Below, one piece after another: positions 29,243-35,553 of a stretch of 35,553 nucleotides of DNA. Position numbers and translations under genes: made by a program. Positions within the stretch are counted from its first letter, which is position 1, and each line of letters begins with the position of its first letter. Origin of the DNA: Reclinomonas americana ATCC 50394 (Eukaryota); contig PS015389.1 of NCBI GenBank assembly GCA_048213135.1, forward strand, positions 88,413-123,965, written 5' to 3'. The notes under the pieces were generated by a model. It did not search any database. It worked only from the letters and a program-made list of their open reading frames with translations, and was not told the origin of the DNA.

Positions 29243-29806
29243 TGGGAAGGGGAGTAAGGGTAATTGAAGGGATAGTATGTTTTGCACATGGATGTGTGAA
29301 AAGGAGAGTGGCTGTAGCAGAGCACGAGCAGTGGTGTATTGGTGATGCAGTCGAACGGGATGCAATCCAGCGGCAGCTGTCGCTGCTGTCGTACAGACGG
29401 GAGAAGGATAGTGAGATTGCAAGTATCGCCTGCGCAGTTCAAACAGCTGCTGGTTTTGCGCTGCTTGCTGGGTGAATGAGTTGTTGTAAGACAGCAACTT
29501 ACGACAGTGCCTGGTTGCAGCACTCGACGAACATGCACGCCAGTGATGAGGTGATACACACAACTGGTCACACGTCGAACATGACGACAATAAAATGAGC
29601 ATGGCCTTGCGAGGAGAAGGAGGTGAGACGGAGCAGAACGTCGACGTTGTAGAGATCTTGATGAATTACGATAGCGATGGAGTCTTCTTGAAACAGGCCT
29701 TGTGGAGGTTCTTCGCTGGATTGTAAGGAAGGTCACAGCCGACAAGCCGGCAAAAGATTTGCATGTCCTTGAAGGACAACTCGCGCATTGTTCCGAACAC
29801 ACATCA

Positions 29807-30447
29807 ATGTCGCGCCACATTCTCACGCTCCTCCTCCTCTCCATCCTCCTGCTCGCCTCCGCCGCACACGCCGCGAGCTTTATCGTGGCAGCATACAACT
29901 CCCTTCCCAGCGCAAAGGCCAGAGCAGATGTTGTCTGCACAGGCACGAATGACGAGAAAGTGCTGGCCGACTCGCTCCGCCACGGCAACTGGTCACAAGT
30001 CGAATACGACGACAACAAAATGAGCATGGCTTTCGTGGCGCAATCGGTGGAATGGATGGCGGGCGACTACCATTTAGGCGCCACGCTCGTGCTTCCGCAA
30101 ATTGCGGACACGCGGCTGGAGGCAGCCGGGGCGGTGCTGCACTACGATGCCGGCGCCGGTGATGCAGTGGTGATTACGGGCGCGATTCGTTGTCGATTGC
30201 AGCTGGGAACGGTGTGGAGTGCGTCGCGCGATGGAGCGGCGTTGGCGGTCAAGACGCGCCCGTATACGCAGCCGTACTTGCCGGCGAATATGAATTGGAT
30301 TGGGTTTCAGGGGCTGCAGGGACCGGGCGGGGCGGGCATTGGGTTGTGGTTGACCAAGCATTTTTGTGTCAATAAGGTGGAAGGTGCGGCGAATTGGGGA
30401 AAGGGAAGCAAGGGAAGGGAGATTTGGCGCAAGAAGATTGGGGAAAG

Positions 30448-30525
<78 letters not shown>

Positions 30526-32111
30526 CGAANNNNNNNNNNNNNNNNNNNNGGAAGAGAGAGAGAGGAAGAGGAAGAAGAGGAGAAGCAGGAGGAGAGCAGA
30601 AGTTGGGTGGTCTTGAGCGGATGCACGGAGACTGGATTCGGAACGAGAGCATGGTGGGGCCATTCTCTCGCATTCTCTCCACGGACTCTGTCACTCGTTG
30701 CCGGATTCTCCGTCCGTGTTTGTCTCTTGAGTGTTGTTCTTGCTCGCTGTCCTCCTCCTTCTTCCCTTCTGCTTCATTGTTTTCTGATTCGAAGACTCGC
30801 GTCGCCGCACTCTCTCTCTCTCTCTCTCTATGTTGTTCTCGCATCTTGCATTTCTCCTGCAGCTTCTTTCGTTCTCTGTCTCTTGTTCTCGAGGTCTCAT
30901 GATTACGCTCTTTTCTTCCTCAGCTTTTCCTTCCTTGCTGACTCAAAGAGCGAGTGAGCAACAGTTACTCCGGAAGCATGAGGATGAGATGCAGTGGAGA
31001 GAAAAAGAGACTGCATTTCCTTGTCATTTGTTGCCTGATTCTCTGTGTGTCCTTGGTCCCTTTTGACTGTCTCGCCGTCTCCCTCTCCCCTGACTTCTCT
31101 CGTTACCTGGAGAGCGGAACAATGCTCCCTCTTCCTCTTCCTCTCCCTCTCCCTCTCCCTCTCCCTCTCCTTCTCCTTCTTTCCTCTTCCCTCTCTCTCC
31201 CTCTCCCTCTCCCTCTCCCTCTCCCTCTCCCTCTCCCTCTCCCTCTCCCTCTCCCTCTCCCTCTCCCTTCTCCTATCCGTCCCCCTTTTCCTCACATCCT
31301 CAACCTCCTCAGGCTTCGACATTCGCGGCTTTGCACGCGGCGTGTGGGTCGACTCGTCGTGGCAGGGTGGCGAGGGCAAGGTCGACACCAAGTTGCGACG
31401 CGGCGCTCTTTTCACTTACGTGTGCGCGTCAGCACTCACGCCACTTCCCCTCCCCTCCCCCGAGCGCAGTTGGCATTTCTACAGCTACATTCGCAAGTGT
31501 GGCGAGTGCATCCGCGTGGACGGCACCGGCGTCGACTCGCAGCAGTGGTTTGTCAATGTCGACGCCGACATTCCCGGGTCGGTGGCCATTCGCACCGCCG
31601 CCCTCTTTGAGCACTGTTGCGTCGCAGCAGCCCTCCGCATCTTTCCCTGCTTCGTCAGCTCACCTCCTCCTTCCTGCGACAAAAAGGGCAAATCATCATG
31701 GGCACTGGCGATCGCACTCCCTCCACGCGCTCCATCATTCTCGATCCTGGCGCCTCGCGCAACATCATGACCATCACCCCGCCGCTCGAGTGCTTCGACG
31801 GCTACGAGAACAACTCCGGCCACGGCGACAACATGTGGGTGCAGGCGCCGCACGCGCCGTGCGCCTCTCGCCACACCAGCAGCAGCGGCAGCGGACTCGG
31901 CGGCCAGACGCACCTGATTGTGCCGTGGCAGGCGTTTGTGGACGGCGACGCTGTCGAGGAGACGATGCCACCGGCGGAGCCCAAGCAGTCGCTGCAGGAT
32001 TTCGGCACGTTGATGTCGCGGCTGGATGTGGCGCGCCAGCTGTTCGACGCCGAGGTTATCACGGAGGAGGAATATGAGGCGAAGCGGGCGGAGATTGTCG
32101 CCTCGCTGTGA
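29807..32111 (+). CDS. Secreted protein: signal peptide + bacterial-type beta-helix/pectate-lyase-superfamily-like region + C-terminal SHOCT domain
   Basis: Signal peptide MSRHILTLLLLSILLLASAAHA, then IVAAYNSLPSAKARADVVCTGTNDEKVL...MAGDYHL (a typical beta-helix N-cap). Exons 29807-30383, 31313-31391, 31470-31615 and 31687-32111. The C-terminus LMSRLDVARQLFDAEVITEEEYEAKRAEIV fits the SHOCT consensus (L..L.D.G.IT.EEY..KK..L). Confidence 0.75.
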
Positions 32112-33082
32112 TGACGCGGAGGAGGTTGGAGTGGGTTTGTGTCTCATAATAATGCACGTTGCGATCAATCAGCAGAAGGGATACGAACGTGCTGCGCCGG
32201 TGTTCGAGGCTGGAGTGGCGGCAGTGGAGAAGGGGCGGCTTCAGCAACTATTTATTCACCAGCTGTCTTCTTGACGGCAGCGGTACGGTCTTCTTTTGTG
32301 TGTCGTCACTCTCGAACCTTCATAATCAACAGCAACTTCACCTGCGATCACGCAACAGCTGTCTTGATGAAGGCAGCGGTAAGTGTGATTGCTCGCGGAG
32401 CTTCGAGAGCGGCGAGCAGCAACGCATATCAGCGTGGTGGAATAGTGGATTTTGACGGACTTGCGTGCACGGCTCCTCGCTTGGGAGGGGCACCGGCTGG
32501 AGGCAGACATACGCAGCAAGGCCGGTCTGGATCCAATGACACTGAGAGCATGGGTGGAGAACAAACTTAAACTTCATTCACCACACTCGGCGCAAAATAT
32601 GCACACAATTAAATGCAAGAGCGTCGCGAACACCGAAAAGCCAGGTAAAGGCAAAGGCGTGCGGGTCCAGATGCACAGTCAAGCTGACTTCCCGACATGT
32701 GACAAGCATGCCAATTGCGCATGCATATGCGCATGCAACACGTGCACGTGCACGTTTATTCCCGTGATGTACATGTCTGAATTTCTGGTGCTCACTCAAG
32801 ATGGTGATCATCATGCAGCTGTGTTGCTATTTGGATTAGAAGTTGTTGTTGTTGTTGTTGTTGTTGTTGCCAAAGGCCATCGGAGAAACAACATTTCGAC
32901 GTCGACGTCGATGCGTGAGCGAAGAACGGAGAAATTCACGCAACAAGCGCACTGGATAGCGCACTTCATAACTACGAGTCCACGTGTGCAGTCGACCTCC
33001 AACCACAATTCGAGGACACCAAAACACGGCGTGACATGACAGGAATTGCCGGATTACTCGCATTATCTCTCACACAAACAAT

Positions 33083-33376
33083 ATGTCAGGCGGACGCGGA
33101 GCTGGTGGCAGTGGCGCAGGAGCTGGAGGAGGCGACAGAGGAGGAGCAGCTGATGTGACCGCGGCTGATGTGTACTTGGGCGCACTTTGGGGACTTGCGT
33201 TGGGCGATGGACTTGGCGCGCCTTTTGAGTTTCAGTGCAGAACAAAGCAGGATTTCATGGCGCGTTGGCCGGCGAGTGCCATGCAGAAGAGGTGAAAGGG
33301 AGGGGAAAAGGGAGGGGAAAAAGGGAGGGAAAGGGGAGGAAAAGGGGAGGGAAATGGGGAGGGAATGGGAGGGGAA

Positions 33377-33417
<41 letters not shown>

Positions 33418-35325
33418 GTGTGTGAAAGAGTGTGTGTTTGTGTGTGACAGTGTGTGCTTTGTGTGAAAGTGTGAGAAAGTGTGTGCTTTGTGTGTGAATG
33501 AGTGTGAAAGTGTGTGAAAGTGTGTGCTTTGTGTGTGAAAGTGTGTATTTTGTGTGCGAAAGAGTGTGAAAGTGTGTGCTTGTGTGTGAAGGAGGCGCCC
33601 TATCACTCACACACACTTTCACACTCTTTCACACCTTTCACACTCTTTCAGACTCAAAACACACACTTTCACACTCACACACTCTTTGTATGAAAGAGTG
33701 TGAAAGTGAGTGCGAAGTGCAGAGTGGCATGTACAGTGCTTTGTAGGTGATATATAGGAGAGGGATAGGTGTGGGATAAGGTGCTGACATTAAGGTTTTT
33801 ATTTTTCCTTGTTTATTATTTTTTCAGTGAGTTTCCCAAGGATTCGAATGCGCCGAGCGGATGTGTGTACACGGACGACACGCAAATGTCGCTGTCGTTT
33901 ATTCAGGTGTTGCACAAGTTGCGTTTGTATTGAGGGAGGGAGTTTACTCATTTCTTGGTCGAGCTTCTTATTGCTTCTTGCTTCGTGCGGAGGTTGCTTT
34001 TTCTCTGCCTCTGTACTCTGGTGTCTGAGTTGCATCGGAGTTTGCGTTCCGCTGCCATCCTTCGATTCCCATCCTGTTGCCCCTTGCAGCCTGCGAAGAA
34101 GTTTGCTCTTTCTCTGCTTCTTGGCTCGCATTACTCGCCTCATCTGCTTTGCGTCTTGCATTCTGTGCGGAGTTTGCTCTTTCGCTGCTGCTGTATCGAG
34201 TGCCCTCACCGCCTCTCGTCGTGCATCTGAGTTGCATCGAAGCTTGTGTTCCACTGTCTTTTTCCATTCGCCCGTCGAGCTCTTGTTGCCCCTTGCTGCG
34301 AAGAAAAGTTTGCTCTTTCTCTGCTTCTTGGCTCGCATTTCTCTTCTCATCTTCATGTTGCCCCTGCATCCTTCTTTTTCTGCTGCTGTGAAGAGTGCTC
34401 CCACCTCCCTTTCTTATGCATCTGTGGAGTCGCATCGAAGCTTGCGTTACGCCGTCTTTCCTTCCATTCACCCGTCGAGCTCTTCTTGCCCCTTGCTGCG
34501 ATGAAAAGTTTGCTCTTTCTCTGCTTCTGTGTGTTGCCCCTGCATCCTTCTTTTTCTGCTGCTGTGAAGAGTGCTCTCACCGCCTTTTTTATGCATCTGT
34601 GGAGTCGCATCGAAGCTTGCGTTACGCCGTCTTTCCTTCATTTACATCCGTCGAGTTTCTTGTTGTCTCTTGTTCCTGTGTGGAGTTGCTCTTACTCTGC
34701 TCCTTGGCTCGCATTTCTGCACCCTCGAGCTGCTTGTTCCCTCAGGCATCCCGTGCAGACTGTACTCTTTTCCTGCCTCGCTTGCTCTTATAGCTCTCAC
34801 ATCCTGCCGATCCTCGTTTACTTGCTGTCTTCCTTGTTGCCTGTCGCTTCACCTTCTGCCTCTCCTTTGCCCGCACATCCCTCCTTCTCCATTCAATCCC
34901 TTTCCCTTCCGCAGGAACCGCGAGGCGCGCATCCCTGAAGAAGCCTTCAACTCCACCGAAGTCCGCCGCCTGTGGCTCGACTTGGCCAGCTGCGAGTTCT
35001 TTGCCGACGCCGGGCAGCCACTGGACGGGCACTGGCAGCTGGGAGGGTGAGCGCGAATCGTCGTCTCCTTGTCTTTGGTGACACACGCCCTCATGTTCGA
35101 CGCGCAGTTTCCGCGGCACGGGCAAGAATTTCCGCGATACAGTCGGCAAGATCCGCGACCTCGGCCCCGGTGCCGACTCGTCGAGTTTCACGTTGCGATA
35201 CGAGTGTTGATGGTCGCTTTTCTTGCTTGGCATCGCCCCTCACGCTTTGCAACAGGGCCGGAAACGGTGCCGCCATGCGCGTCGCGCCATTGGCGATCTT
35301 TGCCGCCCAGCATCCGGTTGTTGGC
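33083..35325 (+). CDS. ADP-ribosylglycohydrolase (ARH/DraG family), 5' part; continues beyond the window
   Basis: Exons 33083-33291 (GALWGLALGDGLGAPFEF), 33828-33917 (VYTDDTQMSL), 34915-35046, 35108-35191 (FRGTGKNF) and 35256-~35325 (AGNGAAMRVAPLAIF). These are the hallmark ARH motifs in the correct order, with phase-consistent GT-AG introns. Confidence 0.92.
34030..34650. repeat. Degenerate ~180-220-bp tandem repeat in an ARH intron
   Basis: AAGTTTGCTCTTTCTCTGCTTCT occurs at ~34099, 34306 and 34506; GCATCGAAGCTTG occurs at ~34233, 34431 and 34607. Confidence 0.8.
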
Positions 35326-35553
35326 GTTGCGTTTGGCATTTCTCTATGCTTCCTCCTTCTTTTTTCTCTGTTTGCCAGTCTGTGTGCATGTGTATTCTTG
35401 CGTCTCTCTTCTCGTACACCTCTCTCTCTTGTTTTTCGTTCCTGCGTCCTCTCTTCCTCTTCCACCCTTCCCCTCTTTTTTCCTTCTTCTGTCCTCTTTT
35501 TTCTGCTTCTTTCCTCCCCTGTCTTCATGTCCTTCCCCTCCTTTCCCCTCCTT

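Noticed and set aside
33799-34938. Several long ORFs on both strands inside an ARH intron
   Set aside because: They derive from the degenerate tandem repeat and show no domain motifs; only 33828-33917 and the sequence from 34915 fit the ARH frame.

Overview
Intron-dense, GC-rich eukaryotic genomic scaffold, probably from a protist, with three N gaps and many GA/CT/GTGA microsatellite introns. Most of the supplied ORFs are shadows of low-complexity sequence. Manual splicing reveals eight genes: (1) the 3' end of a malic enzyme (+); (2) a large multi-exon PARP-family ADP-ribosyltransferase (-, ~9563-1160) with about 21 consecutive symmetric phase-2 small exons (including a tandem 150-bp exon+intron array), a degenerate macrodomain-like region and an 8-Cys insertion in the catalytic domain; (3) a UIM/coiled-coil/Pro-rich protein (-); (4) an EED/LRWD1-like WD40 protein (+); (5) an intronless, full-length T4 Rnl2-family RNA ligase (-) abutting or overlapping the WD40 3' end; (6) a coiled-coil + GAF protein (+); (7) a secreted, bacterial-type beta-helix-like protein with a C-terminal SHOCT domain (+); (8) the 5' part of an ADP-ribosylglycohydrolase (+). 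Many short introns use an unusual GTTGCG donor, and several long introns have complementary halves. Exon coordinates are hand-derived predictions and need RNA-seq confirmation.
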